In this document: positions 54,521-64,000 of the stretch, piece by piece
How the letters are laid out: the number at the start of each line of letters is the position of its first letter
Numbering within the stretch: the stretch's first letter is position 1
Origin: Candidatus Falkowbacteria bacterium
GTDB lineage: Bacteria > Patescibacteriota > Patescibacteriia > Patescibacteriales > UBA12465
Assembly: GCA_037132255.1 (NCBI GenBank)
Contig: JBAXPN010000002.1
Location: forward strand, 12,433-76,432
Direction: 5' to 3'
Length of the DNA stretch: 64,000 nucleotides
Translations under genes and position numbers: made by a program
Notes under the pieces: model-generated
Seen by the model: the letters and a program-made list of their open reading frames with translations, nothing else
What the model was told of the DNA's origin: nothing
Database searches by the model: none

Positions 54521-54862
54521 ATGTTAGAGAAAAAAAATCGAATATGCTTAGACAAAGAGTTTGACCGCGTTTTTAAAACCGGCCAATCTTTTTATGGTAA
54601 GGTATTGGGCCTAAAAGCTGCTACAAATGATCAGAAATATAGCCGCTTTGGGCTTATGGTTAGTCTAAAAGTCAGTAAAAAGGCGGTAATCAGAAATAAA
54701 ATAAAAAGACAGCTTCGGGCGATTATTGAAAAAGAGCTCCCCCTCCTTAAAGAAGGAAAAGATGTGGTAATTATTGTTTTTCCTTTAATATTAGAGAAAA
54801 ATTTCAGTGAAATACGAGAATTCCTCAAAATGGCCATGACTCGTTTAAAACTATATAAATAG
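54521..54862 (+). CDS. rnpA: ribonuclease P protein component
   Basis: VSKKAVIRNKIKRQLRAI (RNR motif), 113 aa, in rpmH-rnpA synteny. Confidence 0.88.
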   Translation: MLEKKNRICLDKEFDRVFKTGQSFYGKVLGLKAATNDQKYSRFGLMVSLKVSKKAVIRNKIKRQLRAIIEKELPLLKEGKDVVIIVFPLILEKNFSEIREFLKMAMTRLKLYK

Positions 54863-54879
54863 GCTAAAATTAGGTAAAT

Positions 54880-55137
54880 ATGATTAAATATCTTTATTTT
54901 TTGCCGCGCCGACTGCTAGTTGGATTTATTAAGATTTACCAGAAAACCATCTCTTTCGACCACGGATTTTTAAAAATCTTCTATCCGCACGGATTTTGTC
55001 GCTTTACGCCAAGTTGCTCGGAATACGGAGCCCAGGCTATTAATAAATACGGTGTTATTCGCGGCGGAATCATGGCCTCGTGGCGCGTTTTGCGCTGTAA
55101 CCCCTGGAATAAAGGTGGGCATGACCCACTAAAATAA
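54880..55137 (+). CDS. yidD: membrane protein insertion efficiency factor YidD
   Basis: [19 protein letters not shown]...[15 protein letters not shown]. Confidence 0.9.
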   Translation: MIKYLYFLPRRLLVGFIKIYQKTISFDHGFLKIFYPHGFCRFTPSCSEYGAQAINKYGVIRGGIMASWRVLRCNPWNKGGHDPLK

Positions 55138-55157
55138 TATATAAATAATTTTTTAAT

Positions 55158-55916
55158 ATGACACAAATATTTACAACAATTTTTTATCAACCAATTTTAA
55201 ATTTATTGGTTTTATTATACAATACCGTTTCTTTTCAGGATCTCGGTATCGCTATTATTTTATTAACTGTGTTAATAAAATTAATTCTTTGGCCGCTTGG
55301 GCAACAATCTATTAAGTCGCAAAAATCTCTTCAAGACCTGCAACCAAAAATTGAGGAGTTGAAAAAGAAATATGCCGACAATAAAGTAGAATTAAGTAAG
55401 GCGACAATGGATCTTTATAAAGAAAATAAAGTAAACCCCTTCTCTTCTTGTTTGCCGCTCCTAATACAATTGCCTTTTTTGTTTGCAGTCTATAGAGTTT
55501 TTCGTGATGGACTTAATAATAAGTTAGACCTAGTATATTCTTTTATTCCAAAACCAGAAGTAATTAATGGTTTATCATTTGGATTTCTAGATTTAAATAA
55601 GCCGAATATTTATCTCGCGGTTTTAGCTGGTCTTGCTCAATTTTTACAAGCCAAGATGATGATGACTAAACAGCCAGCGATTAAAACAGAAGGCTCTAAA
55701 GATGAAAGCATGACCGCGATCATGAATAAACAAATGCTTTATTTCATGCCAGCGATAACTATTTTCATCGGTATTTCTTTGCCGGGTGGTCTGACGCTCT
55801 ATTGGTTTGTAATAACTGCCCTAACTGCACTCCAGCAATTATATGTATTTAGGAAAAAGACAAATAAAGATAAAGATAATTCAAAGACACCAATTGAAGG
55901 AGAAATAATTAAGTAA
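55158..55916 (+). CDS. yidC: membrane protein insertase YidC (short form)
   Basis: LYKENKVNPFSSCLPLLIQLPFLFAVY...GLTLYWF, with 5 TM helices. Length is 252 aa. Confidence 0.9.
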   Translation: MTQIFTTIFYQPILNLLVLLYNTVSFQDLGIAIILLTVLIKLILWPLGQQSIKSQKSLQDLQPKIEELKKKYADNKVELSKATMDLYKENKVNPFSSCLPLLIQLPFLFAVYRVFRDGLNNKLDLVYSFIPKPEVINGLSFGFLDLNKPNIYLAVLAGLAQFLQAKMMMTKQPAIKTEGSKDESMTAIMNKQMLYFMPAITIFIGISLPGGLTLYWFVITALTALQQLYVFRKKTNKDKDNSKTPIEGEIIK

Positions 55917-55931
55917 AATAACCGAGCATAT

Positions 55932-55959
55932 AAAAACACCCCAAAGTGGGGTGTTTTTT
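55932..55959. terminator. intrinsic terminator, bidirectional
   Basis: ACACCCC-AAAGT-GGGGTGT flanked by A5 and T6. Confidence 0.7.
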
Positions 55960-55976
55960 GTTATAGCTAAATATAA

Positions 55977-57872
55977 TTAATTAGGAGTGCTGGTGCTCGA
56001 GACTGGGCTTGAGCTTGCTTTGACTGGAACCGTAGTAGAGGCGTTAGTAATCGGGGTACTGGTGCTTGAGAGGCTTTTGCCCACTAAACAAACTTCTTGC
56101 CAAGGGACATAATGAGAGCTGAATCGTGTTTCCTGAACAGGCGTTGTTGTTGCACCTTCGGGATAGACTACTTTATAGTCGAAATAAGCATCGGCGCCGT
56201 TATGGGCATGCTCGGTACATTTTTTCTCACCAGCCGGAAGATCGCTAGTTTCAATAATTTTAGTGGCTGCTGGTTTTACAATATTATATATAGTAGGCGC
56301 TGTGGTTGTTGCAATGCGACCATCCTTGGTTCCCCAGAAATCAAAATACGCAATATTTTTTACTATTCGCGATTGAATTAAAATATAATTGCCCGTATCG
56401 TTAATAAAGCGGACGTCTGGTTTTGGTAAATAAACGGCGGCGTCTGTCCCGGCTGGCTCATAGTAAACGACGCGATATGAATGGTTGTGGCGTTCAGTAA
56501 TAGGAAGTCCTGAGGCCAGGGCGGCCCGGAAAAGAGTTGTCGCAATTTGGCACAAGCCGCCGCCAAACTCGGGAAGAGTTTTATTTCCTTTAATTACTAA
56601 TTCTGGGAAATAGCCTGACGCCTCACTAACATCGCCTAGGGCCTTAACGAGCGAGAATTCTTCTCCTGGCGCGAGTAGAATGCCATGAACAGAATTGGCG
56701 CCAACTTGGATATTTTTACGGCGGTTGACCGGTGAACCCGTGAAATCTGATTGGCCGGTGCCAATTAATTCTTTAACATTTAAGGATTGATCGGGACCAA
56801 GAGTATCAACCGCTGAAGATTTAATTAATATAGAAATTGTTTTCTGACCTTTAATAAATTCTTCAACAATTTTAGAGGCTGTTAATTCAAGATCAACTTG
56901 GCGACCGTCAGTTCCGGTTTGCCAATTATTAACTTTACCATTTTTCATCTCGAAGCGCGGCCTAACAGCTTCAATGTCAATCTCCGGCGAAACATTTAAT
57001 AACAAATACTGCTTAATTTTTTCTTGGTCAAGAGATAAGCTTAGTTTCCCTTGGTTTTGAGCAACGCTTAACCAGGTTAAAAGGCGATCTGGCTTAATAT
57101 TCCAGGTTTTAGTTGTGGATGTTCCGTCTCCAGGTTCAGAAAAGATTAACTCAAGACCGCCCTGTTTAATAATCGACTGGGCTTCAGCAGAAAGAATCTC
57201 AAGATCAGATTGTTTTACGTCCGAATATTTTGAATGAGTTTTAATGATAATAGGAGAATCGCTTAAAATATCCAAATTACTTTTAATTTCAGAAAAAATT
57301 AAATCATAATTAATTTCTTTGCCCGGTCTGTCTGGGCTTGCTTGGAGCTCTCCTGTTTTAGATGAAACAGTGAAGGAGGAGTTTGTTGGCGGGATATTTA
57401 ATTCTTTAAAAGATTCGCTCAAGAGATTTTTTATTTTAGTTTCGTCTAGGGTATAAATAGGCTTTATAAGCTTTTTGTCTGCCCCCTGTAATTTAAATAG
57501 CAGATAATTAACAAAGGTCTTTTTTTCGCCGACATTTTTAGCACGATTAAGAGTTTGGTCGATATCAAAAATTAAGGCCGGAAATGAGAGGTCGGCATCA
57601 AAAGAGGAGATATTAGTATCAATGCTGACATTTTTATTTTCATATTGAAAAACAAGGCCGGTGTTGATTATTTTCTCAGTTCTCTCATTAATTAAGGCTT
57701 GAGCCTCGACTGAACTTTTATTAGATAAATTAATATCACCGATTTTTACACCCGGATATATATGATCACTGTAATTGTTTTTCCAGCGCAAATAACTAAA
57801 TGTCGTTCCAGCGAGCAACAAAAAAACCACCAACAGAAGAAGTGATTTTATAAGCCATTTTTTTGTTTTCAT
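55977..57872 (-). CDS. VanW-domain protein with N-terminal TM anchor and Ser/Thr-rich C-terminal tail
   Basis: GGGLCQIATTLFRAALASGLPITERHNHSYRVVYY is the VanW core. The C-terminal tail is STSTPITNASTTVPVKASSSPVSSTSTPN. Confidence 0.8.
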   Translation of the reverse strand: MKTKKWLIKSLLLLVVFLLLAGTTFSYLRWKNNYSDHIYPGVKIGDINLSNKSSVEAQALINERTEKIINTGLVFQYENKNVSIDTNISSFDADLSFPALIFDIDQTLNRAKNVGEKKTFVNYLLFKLQGADKKLIKPIYTLDETKIKNLLSESFKELNIPPTNSSFTVSSKTGELQASPDRPGKEINYDLIFSEIKSNLDILSDSPIIIKTHSKYSDVKQSDLEILSAEAQSIIKQGGLELIFSEPGDGTSTTKTWNIKPDRLLTWLSVAQNQGKLSLSLDQEKIKQYLLLNVSPEIDIEAVRPRFEMKNGKVNNWQTGTDGRQVDLELTASKIVEEFIKGQKTISILIKSSAVDTLGPDQSLNVKELIGTGQSDFTGSPVNRRKNIQVGANSVHGILLAPGEEFSLVKALGDVSEASGYFPELVIKGNKTLPEFGGGLCQIATTLFRAALASGLPITERHNHSYRVVYYEPAGTDAAVYLPKPDVRFINDTGNYILIQSRIVKNIAYFDFWGTKDGRIATTTAPTIYNIVKPAATKIIETSDLPAGEKKCTEHAHNGADAYFDYKVVYPEGATTTPVQETRFSSHYVPWQEVCLVGKSLSSTSTPITNASTTVPVKASSSPVSSTSTPN

Positions 57873-57887
57873 ATTCTTGGGGCCGCT

Positions 57888-58304
57888 CTAGTCCTTTTCT
57901 TTGACTTCGATCTGGCCGGAGTTGCTTTTGTATAAAGTTATTGTAAGAACGCCGCTTTCGAGCTCGGCTTCGACGCGGTGACTGTCAACTTCAGCAGGAA
58001 GAATAATGGAGCGCGAGAAAGAGCCCCAATAACATTCGCGGAAGAGATAATCTTCTTCTCGGACATCTTCTTTGACCGAACGACTCCCCTTGATAGTAAG
58101 AAGGTCGTGATGGAGAGATATTTTTAAATCTTCCGGCTTAACGCCGGCGATTGTTGATTTTATGATAATTTGTTTAGAGGTTTGAAAAACATCAATTGCT
58201 AATTGGCCGTCTGTTTCATTATCTTCTTCGAACCATTGTGCGATGGAGGGCTCGGTATCTTCTTGAATTAATGGCGATTTAGTGTTTTGTTTATTGAAAA
58301 GCAT
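57888..58304 (-). CDS. Hsp20/alpha-crystallin small heat-shock protein
   Basis: GVKPEDLKISLHHDLLTIKGSR...AELESGVLTITL, the alpha-crystallin domain. Confidence 0.85.
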   Translation of the reverse strand: MLFNKQNTKSPLIQEDTEPSIAQWFEEDNETDGQLAIDVFQTSKQIIIKSTIAGVKPEDLKISLHHDLLTIKGSRSVKEDVREEDYLFRECYWGSFSRSIILPAEVDSHRVEAELESGVLTITLYKSNSGQIEVKEKD

Positions 58305-58363
58305 ATTATTTTATTCTTTACTCTAATTTACCAATTTTTGGAAGAAATGTAAATGCCAAAATT

Positions 58364-58397
58364 AAAAAAATCTTCATTATTATTGAAGATTTTTTTA
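58364..58397 (-). terminator. intrinsic terminator after the tRNA-Ile/tRNA-Val pair
   Basis: AATCTTCA-loop-TGAAGATT with A7/T7 flanks. Confidence 0.6.
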
Positions 58398-58401
58398 GTT
58401 G

Positions 58402-58475
<74 letters not shown>

Positions 58476-58488
58476 TAAATATTTTCTG

Positions 58489-58562
58489 TGGGCATAGATG
58501 GACTTGAACCATCGACCCCCGCTTTATAAGAGCGGTGCTCTAACCAACTGAGCTATATGCCC
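58489..58562 (-). tRNA. tRNA-Ile (anticodon TAT)
   Basis: Acceptor GGGCATA/TATGCCC, D arm GCTCAGTTGGTTAGAGC, anticodon arm CCGCT-CTTATAA-AGCGG (anticodon TAT), T arm GATGG-TTCAAGT-CCATC. Confidence 0.8.
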
Positions 58563-58629
58563 ATTATAATGGCCGTTATAAAAGATTGCAAGAGAGGCAC
58601 AATAATGGATTTGCTTTTATTTTATACCA

Positions 58630-59772
58630 CTAAGCGCTTATTTTTTCAAGTTTATTTTTTAGCTCGAGAATTAAGTCTGTGCTGCTGGTGTTTAGGTCAT
58701 TCTTAATAATAGCAGAGGCGATTTTGATTGAACCTTGCGGCGAATAATCTTTTAAAATTTCTAAGGCATTTATATTCTTAAGAGAGTAAAGAATTATTTT
58801 TGTCTCATTTGCCTCAAGCTCACAAAAAATTGCTACGAGTTTCGCGCTCGGAACATTCATGATTAATTCATCAATAATGTCATTTAGGCTTTCAGTGGAT
58901 GAATTAGTATCTTTAAAATCCTGAAGTTTTAATTGAGACCAAATTAATTCCTCGCCTTTTTCTGCGCGGAGATTATTAAGAACTCGTCCCCAAAGTTTTA
59001 GAGTGCTTAAATCTCGAGAGCGGTACAGGTGAGTAACTATGTCTTCGCGATTAGCACCAATTGAAAGTAATTGTGAAGTGGTAAGTAATGTTCGTGGCGT
59101 AAGATTTTGCGTTTTGAAATTCTTTGTTTTTTGAATAATACCGGCGAGGAGACAAGTGGCAATTTCTTCGCTTATTAATTCAGGTTTATAATTTTTTAAA
59201 AGATAAAATAGAATTTCGGAAATTGATACGGCATTTAAATCGATAAAATTTATTTGTCCGAAAGACTCATTGCTGGCGCGGTGATCAATATTAATAATCG
59301 TAGTTTTGTAAAAAAATTCGACGTTTTGGTCATATAGTTTCCCTAGTGATTCTAAGTCGCTGGCGCCGACGGTAATAATTAAATCATGTTTAAATTCACC
59401 GGCCTTAGCACTAACGTCCTCTGGTTTAAACCAACCCTCAGATGGAGAGATTATAAAGTTAAGTGTATTGTTTTCAACAAGATATTTAATTTGGTTAACC
59501 TTGGCCTGACTAATATCAACGGAAACGATAAATTGGCGCAAGTTATTTAAATTTGCAGAAATTTGGCTATAAGCTGGCAGAAAGGAATAAAGATGTTTTG
59601 TGTCTTCTAAGCCCTGACTAACAACCGTTACCTCATATCCTTGTTTTTTTAGGAATAAAAAAAGAGCCAGTGCCGAAGCAACTGAGTCCCCCTCCCGATC
59701 CGCGGGAAAAACAATCAATATATTTTTTGATATTTCAATTTGTTTGAAAATTTGTTGCTCTAAATTCAGCAT
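58630..59772 (-). CDS. DHH-family phosphoesterase (NrnA-like), motifs partly degenerate
   Basis: PADREGDSVASALAL (DHH motifs I/II region). IINIDHRASN has DHR where DHH is expected. The C-terminal DHHA1-like region lacks a clear GGGH. Confidence 0.6.
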   Translation of the reverse strand: MLNLEQQIFKQIEISKNILIVFPADREGDSVASALALFLFLKKQGYEVTVVSQGLEDTKHLYSFLPAYSQISANLNNLRQFIVSVDISQAKVNQIKYLVENNTLNFIISPSEGWFKPEDVSAKAGEFKHDLIITVGASDLESLGKLYDQNVEFFYKTTIINIDHRASNESFGQINFIDLNAVSISEILFYLLKNYKPELISEEIATCLLAGIIQKTKNFKTQNLTPRTLLTTSQLLSIGANREDIVTHLYRSRDLSTLKLWGRVLNNLRAEKGEELIWSQLKLQDFKDTNSSTESLNDIIDELIMNVPSAKLVAIFCELEANETKIILYSLKNINALEILKDYSPQGSIKIASAIIKNDLNTSSTDLILELKNKLEKISA

Positions 59773-59893
59773 TTTTTTATCATTAAAAAGCGATTCGACT
59801 CCTTCAAGTCGACTTTATAATATATAATTAATAAATGCTAAAGTCAAGGATAAATTAGTTGACTTAAGGCTGTTTTTTTGGTAATTTTAAGTT

Positions 59894-62518
59894 ATGAAAC
59901 GAGAACTCGATAAAGCCTATAATCCGGGCGAAAATGAGGATAAAATCTATAAAAAGTGGGAAGAATCCGGGTATTTTAACCCGGATAATTTAGTATTAGA
60001 CCCTGATGCGAAAAGCTATACTATTGTTCTTCCGCCACCTAATATTACCGATAAATTGCATATGGGCCATGCGGCGACAGTTGCAATTGAAGATCTTCTT
60101 ATTCGCTATCATCGCCTCCTCGGGGAGCGTGCTTTATGGATTCCTGGAACTGACCATGCGGCGATAGCCACACAAAATGTCGTTGAAAAAAGGTTATTGA
60201 AAGAAAAAGGTAAAACGCGTCAAGATTTAGGCAAAGAAAAATTTTTAGAGGAGGTTTGGGCGTTCTTAAAAATTACCCAATCGACAATTCTTCATCAAGT
60301 TAAGAAGATGGGAGCCTCTTTAGACTGGTCGCGCCTCTCTTTTACGCTTGACGACGAGCGTCAATTAGCGGTTCGAACAATGTTTTCCGAAATGTATAAG
60401 GAGGGTGTAATTTATCGTGGCGATAGAATTGTAAATTGGTGTCCGCGTTGTCACTCAACCTTGGCCGATGACGAAGTCGAATATAAAGAACAACTCGCAA
60501 AGATATATACTTTTAAATATGATAAGAATTTTCCGCTTTCTATCTCAACTACGCGCCCGGAAACAAAACTGGGTGATACCGCTGTGGCAGTAAACCCAAA
60601 AGACGAAAGATATAAAAAATATATTGGGCAAGAATTCAAGGTAGTTTTTTGCGGCCAAGCACTAAATATTAAAATTATTGCCGATAGAAATGTTGAATCT
60701 GACTTTGGAACAGGCGCCCTTGGTGTTACACCGGCGCACTCAATGGTTGACTGGCAGATGGCGCAGGCCAATAATCTTCCGTTGATAAAAGTTATTAACG
60801 AAGAGGGCCAGATTCATCCTGGATTTGGAAAATTTTCCGGGCTAAGCGCCTTAGCGGCCCGCGAAGCAATCGTTAACGAGCTTCGAGAGCGTGGTTTATT
60901 AGAGAAAGAAGAAGATCTCACAAATAATTTATCTATCTGCTATCGATGCGGCACCGCTATTGAACCCTTAAGCTCAAAACAATGGTTTATTTCGGTTGAT
61001 AAAAAAATTGAGAGATTAGGAAATAAATCTTTAAAGGAAAAATCAATTGAAGCGGCGCAAAGTGAAGAAATCAAATTTATTCCGGAAAGATTTAATAAAA
61101 GATATCTTGATTGGATGAATAATCTTCACGATTGGTGTATTTCTCGGCAGATTTGGTTTGGTCACCAGATTCCGGTTTGGTATAAGGGAGAAGATATTTA
61201 TACTGGCCTTGAGGCGCCAAGTGGCGAGGGCTGGATTCAAGACCAAGACACACTTGATACCTGGTTTTCGTCTGGTATGTGGACGTTTTCGACTCTCGGT
61301 TGGCCGACAAACTATAATGATGCCAAAAAAAGTGGCGATTTAGCCAAGTTTCACCCGACGCAGGTTCTTGAAACCGGATATGAATTAATTACTTTATGGA
61401 TATCGAGAATGATAATGATGTCATTCTTCGCGCTCGATGAAATTCCTTTTTCTAAAGTTTATCTTCACGGAATGATATTAGATAAGGATGGTAAAAAAAT
61501 GTCGAAGTCGAAAGGAAATGGTATTGATCCTTTAGATATTATTGAAAAATATGGCACCGACGCGACCCGCCTTGCTCTGCTCATGGGAACAACCCCTGGT
61601 AATGATTCACGTTTTAGCGAAGATAAGGTTGAAGCAAAGCGTAATTTTATTAATAAGCTCTGGAATATTTCGAGATTTATTTTAACTAGTTGCGATGAAA
61701 AGTTTTATGCAGCGGCAAGTGAAAAAGCGCCACAAGAAAAAAGTATAGCTGATACTTGGATTTTGGGAGAAATGTCTAAACTAATAAAAAACACGACGGA
61801 AAGATTTAATAGCTTCGAATTTTCTTTGGCTGCGGAAGAGCTAAATGATTTTACTTGGAATAAATTGGCCGATTGGTATTTAGAGATTGCTAAAGTTGAA
61901 AAAGACAAGGAAGAAATTTTAATATATTTATTGAAAAACTTATTAATTCTCTGGCACCCGTTTATTCCGTTCGTAACTGAAGCTATTTGGGAGAGCTTTA
62001 ATGACAATGTTTTAATGGTGGCCAAGTGGCCAGGCGCCGAAGAGAAAGAAGTCTTTCTAAATAATGACATAAATCTAATTCAAGATATTATTGTCGCAAT
62101 TCGTAATGCCCGCAGTGAGAATAAAATTGAACCGTCAAAAAAAATTGACGCAATTATTTATGCCGGCAAATCGACTCCCCTTATTTTAAGACAGGCGGAA
62201 ATAATTAAGAGTTTAAAAACCGGCATTGCTAGCCTTGAAGTTTATGAGAAGGGAGAAAAAATAGATTCAGCTATTATGTTACCCCTGGGGGAGATTGAAA
62301 TATATTTACTCGGCGCAATTGATGGTGAAAAAGAAAAAACACGCTTGATAAAAGAGAAGGCTAATCTAGAAAAATTAATTTCACTCCAGGCGCAGAAATT
62401 AAATAACGCCGATTTCGTTTCCCGCGCTCCGGAAAAAATAGTTACAGCCGAAAAAGAAAAATTAAATTCCTATGAACAGGAATTATCAAAAATAGTTAAT
62501 ATAATATCTAGCCTATGA
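59894..62518 (+). CDS. valS: valine--tRNA ligase
   Basis: PPPNITDKLHMGHA (HIGH-type motif), KMSKSKGN, an editing domain and a C-terminal coiled coil. Length is 874 aa. Confidence 0.95.
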   Translation: MKRELDKAYNPGENEDKIYKKWEESGYFNPDNLVLDPDAKSYTIVLPPPNITDKLHMGHAATVAIEDLLIRYHRLLGERALWIPGTDHAAIATQNVVEKRLLKEKGKTRQDLGKEKFLEEVWAFLKITQSTILHQVKKMGASLDWSRLSFTLDDERQLAVRTMFSEMYKEGVIYRGDRIVNWCPRCHSTLADDEVEYKEQLAKIYTFKYDKNFPLSISTTRPETKLGDTAVAVNPKDERYKKYIGQEFKVVFCGQALNIKIIADRNVESDFGTGALGVTPAHSMVDWQMAQANNLPLIKVINEEGQIHPGFGKFSGLSALAAREAIVNELRERGLLEKEEDLTNNLSICYRCGTAIEPLSSKQWFISVDKKIERLGNKSLKEKSIEAAQSEEIKFIPERFNKRYLDWMNNLHDWCISRQIWFGHQIPVWYKGEDIYTGLEAPSGEGWIQDQDTLDTWFSSGMWTFSTLGWPTNYNDAKKSGDLAKFHPTQVLETGYELITLWISRMIMMSFFALDEIPFSKVYLHGMILDKDGKKMSKSKGNGIDPLDIIEKYGTDATRLALLMGTTPGNDSRFSEDKVEAKRNFINKLWNISRFILTSCDEKFYAAASEKAPQEKSIADTWILGEMSKLIKNTTERFNSFEFSLAAEELNDFTWNKLADWYLEIAKVEKDKEEILIYLLKNLLILWHPFIPFVTEAIWESFNDNVLMVAKWPGAEEKEVFLNNDINLIQDIIVAIRNARSENKIEPSKKIDAIIYAGKSTPLILRQAEIIKSLKTGIASLEVYEKGEKIDSAIMLPLGEIEIYLLGAIDGEKEKTRLIKEKANLEKLISLQAQKLNNADFVSRAPEKIVTAEKEKLNSYEQELSKIVNIISSL

Positions 62519-62895
62519 CCCTAAAAAACTATTTATTCGTTATGTCGGCGTTGACCGCCATTTGTTGGGGTATTTTTATCTTTGTTGTTGGGCTGGTTGA
62601 TCCGACGGCAACTAATTGGTTCGGATATGGTTTGTTCTATCTTTCTCTGTTCCTTGCGCTTAGCGGGACAACGGCTCTAATAGGTTTTATTTTTCGTTTT
62701 GTCGCTCTAAAAAAAGAATTGGCCTTTAATTTGGTTAAGGTTGCTTTTCGCCAATCATTCCTATTCTCCTTATTTATTGTCCTTCTCCTAATATTAAAAT
62801 CACAGCAGCTTTTTAATTGGATAAATCTCCTATTGCTAGTTATAATTTTTGCAATTTTAGAATTATTTTTAATAAGTTATAAGAAGAGTCGTTAA
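62515..62895 (+). CDS. small membrane protein (4 TM)
   Basis: 126-aa ORF whose start overlaps the valS stop by 4 nt (ATGA), with four hydrophobic helices. Confidence 0.5.
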   Translation: MTLKNYLFVMSALTAICWGIFIFVVGLVDPTATNWFGYGLFYLSLFLALSGTTALIGFIFRFVALKKELAFNLVKVAFRQSFLFSLFIVLLLILKSQQLFNWINLLLLVIIFAILELFLISYKKSR

Positions 62896-62906
62896 ATCAT
62901 TAATGT

Positions 62907-63935
62907 ATGAAAACTCAAATAGAAAAAATACGGGAAGAATTCCTCAAGCAGTTAGCACTCATTAAAGACAATGAGGAGCTTCGTGAATTAGAATTAAAAT
63001 ATTTATCTCGTAAAGGAGAGTTTAGTGAAATCATGCATGGTCTAAAGGATGTCAGCATTGAACTTCGCAAGGAACTCGGTGAACTTGCCAATACTGTGAA
63101 GGGAGAAATGCAGACTAAATTCGAAGAAGTACGTCATAGTCTTGAAAGCTTTGCCAAAAAAAGTGACTTCATTGATGTTACTTTGCCGGGCGAAAAAATA
63201 GAAAATGGTCACATTCATCCCGTAACTTTAGTGCAAAATGAATTGGAAGACCTTTTTACTTCACTTGGCTTTATGATTGGCGACGGTCCAGAACTTGAGA
63301 GTGACTATTATAATTTTACCGCTTTAAATGTGCCGCCCCTTCATCCGGCACGTGATATGCAGGATACTTTTTATATTGAGTCGAAAAATAAAGAAGATCA
63401 ATATGATTTAGTTATGCGCACGCAAACATCCCCTGTGCAAATTCGTTTGATGCAAAAATACGGGGCGCCGCTTAAGGCAATTATTCCTGGGCGTTGTTTC
63501 CGTAATGAGGCGACAGACTCGCGTCATGAACACACATTTTATCAAGTTGAAGGGATTATGGTTGGAAAAGATATTAATTTTGCAAATTTAAAAAGCTTAT
63601 TAGAAATTGTTGGTAAAAAATTATTTGGTGCAAATACAGAATTACGTATGCGCCCTAAGTTTTTCCCTTTTGTTGAGCCAGGTAATAACGGCGAATACAC
63701 CTGCTTTCTTTGCCAAGGAAAAGGCTGTCGTGTTTGTAAATATACCGGCTGGCTCGAAATAGTTGGCGCTGGATTAATCCATCCTGATGTTTTACGCGCC
63801 GGCGGAGTTGATCCGGAAATATATTCCGGCCTCGCTTTTGGTTTCGGTCTTAATCGCTTAGCGATGCTTAAATATAATATTAATGATGTCCGCTTGTTTA
63901 ATAGTGGTGATATTAAATTTTTAGAGCAATTTTAA
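62907..63935 (+). CDS. pheS: phenylalanine--tRNA ligase alpha subunit
   Basis: HPARDMQDTFY, FRNEATDSRHEHTFYQVEG and GLAFGFGLNRLAM, the class II motifs 1-3. Confidence 0.95.
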   Translation: MKTQIEKIREEFLKQLALIKDNEELRELELKYLSRKGEFSEIMHGLKDVSIELRKELGELANTVKGEMQTKFEEVRHSLESFAKKSDFIDVTLPGEKIENGHIHPVTLVQNELEDLFTSLGFMIGDGPELESDYYNFTALNVPPLHPARDMQDTFYIESKNKEDQYDLVMRTQTSPVQIRLMQKYGAPLKAIIPGRCFRNEATDSRHEHTFYQVEGIMVGKDINFANLKSLLEIVGKKLFGANTELRMRPKFFPFVEPGNNGEYTCFLCQGKGCRVCKYTGWLEIVGAGLIHPDVLRAGGVDPEIYSGLAFGFGLNRLAMLKYNINDVRLFNSGDIKFLEQF

Positions 63936-63939
63936 ATAT

Positions 63940-64000
63940 ATGTATATATCTCTTAATTGGTTAAAGGATTTCGTTAAGATACCAGCAAAAATTGACGCCG
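63940..64000 (+). CDS. pheT: phenylalanine--tRNA ligase beta subunit, N-terminal fragment (continues beyond the window)
   Basis: Hand-translated MYISLNWLKDFVKIPAKIDA, the typical PheT start (M-x-I/F-S-x-x-W-L). It begins 4 nt after the pheS stop. Confidence 0.75.
   Translation, partial: MYISLNWLKDFVKIPAKIDA

Noticed and set aside
59773-59893. Possible T-box leader upstream of valS, including a hairpin TCGACT-CCTTCA-AGTCGA at 59795-59812.
   Set aside because: The intergenic region is only about 120 nt and is shared with a divergent gene. I saw no T-box consensus (AATTAGGGTGGTACCGCG-like) and no terminator/antiterminator pair.

Overview
Low-GC (roughly one third G+C by eye), gene-dense bacterial chromosome segment. 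It has small intergenic gaps, sigma70-like TTGACA-N17-TAnnnT promoters and many hairpin-plus-T-run terminators. It spans the chromosomal replication origin neighbourhood: dnaN and dnaA on the minus strand, diverging from rpmH-rnpA-yidD-yidC on the plus strand. Housekeeping genes present include tig, smpB plus tmRNA, nusA, an H+-pyrophosphatase, recQ, folD-glyA, valS, pheS/pheT, a PBP1A, gdh, trx, glgP, plsC and six tRNAs. Two things suggest a Patescibacteria/CPR-like or similarly reduced organism, but this is an inference, not a demonstrated placement. One is the gene content (Elp3-like enzyme, VanW, pilin-like proteins, CofE-like ligase, tRNA-Ile(UAU)). The other is that CCA ends are mostly not encoded in the tRNA genes. 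The standout feature is a 5.25-kb integrated element at 36806..42058, flanked by a 6-bp direct repeat (CTTAGC). Its large serine recombinase gene and the host GNAT acetyltransferase gene have been reciprocally recombined in frame. One junction ORF is recombinase N-terminus fused to GNAT C-terminus, and the other is GNAT N-terminus fused to the recombinase body. This implies that attP lies inside the recombinase ORF, so integration splits the recombinase. The element also carries a two-tyrosine HUH rolling-circle Rep, origin-like palindromes and three ORFs of unknown function. Other points of interest are a CsoR-family repressor-thioredoxin-gdh operon with a perfect C5/G5 palindromic operator, a terminator-containing leader before a YhhQ-type queuosine-precursor transporter, and a 15-fold, ~32-aa tryptophan-anchored repeat protein. 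There are also stand-alone RNAP alpha-CTD-like and EF-Tu-domain-II-like proteins. No CRISPR array and no rRNA genes were seen.
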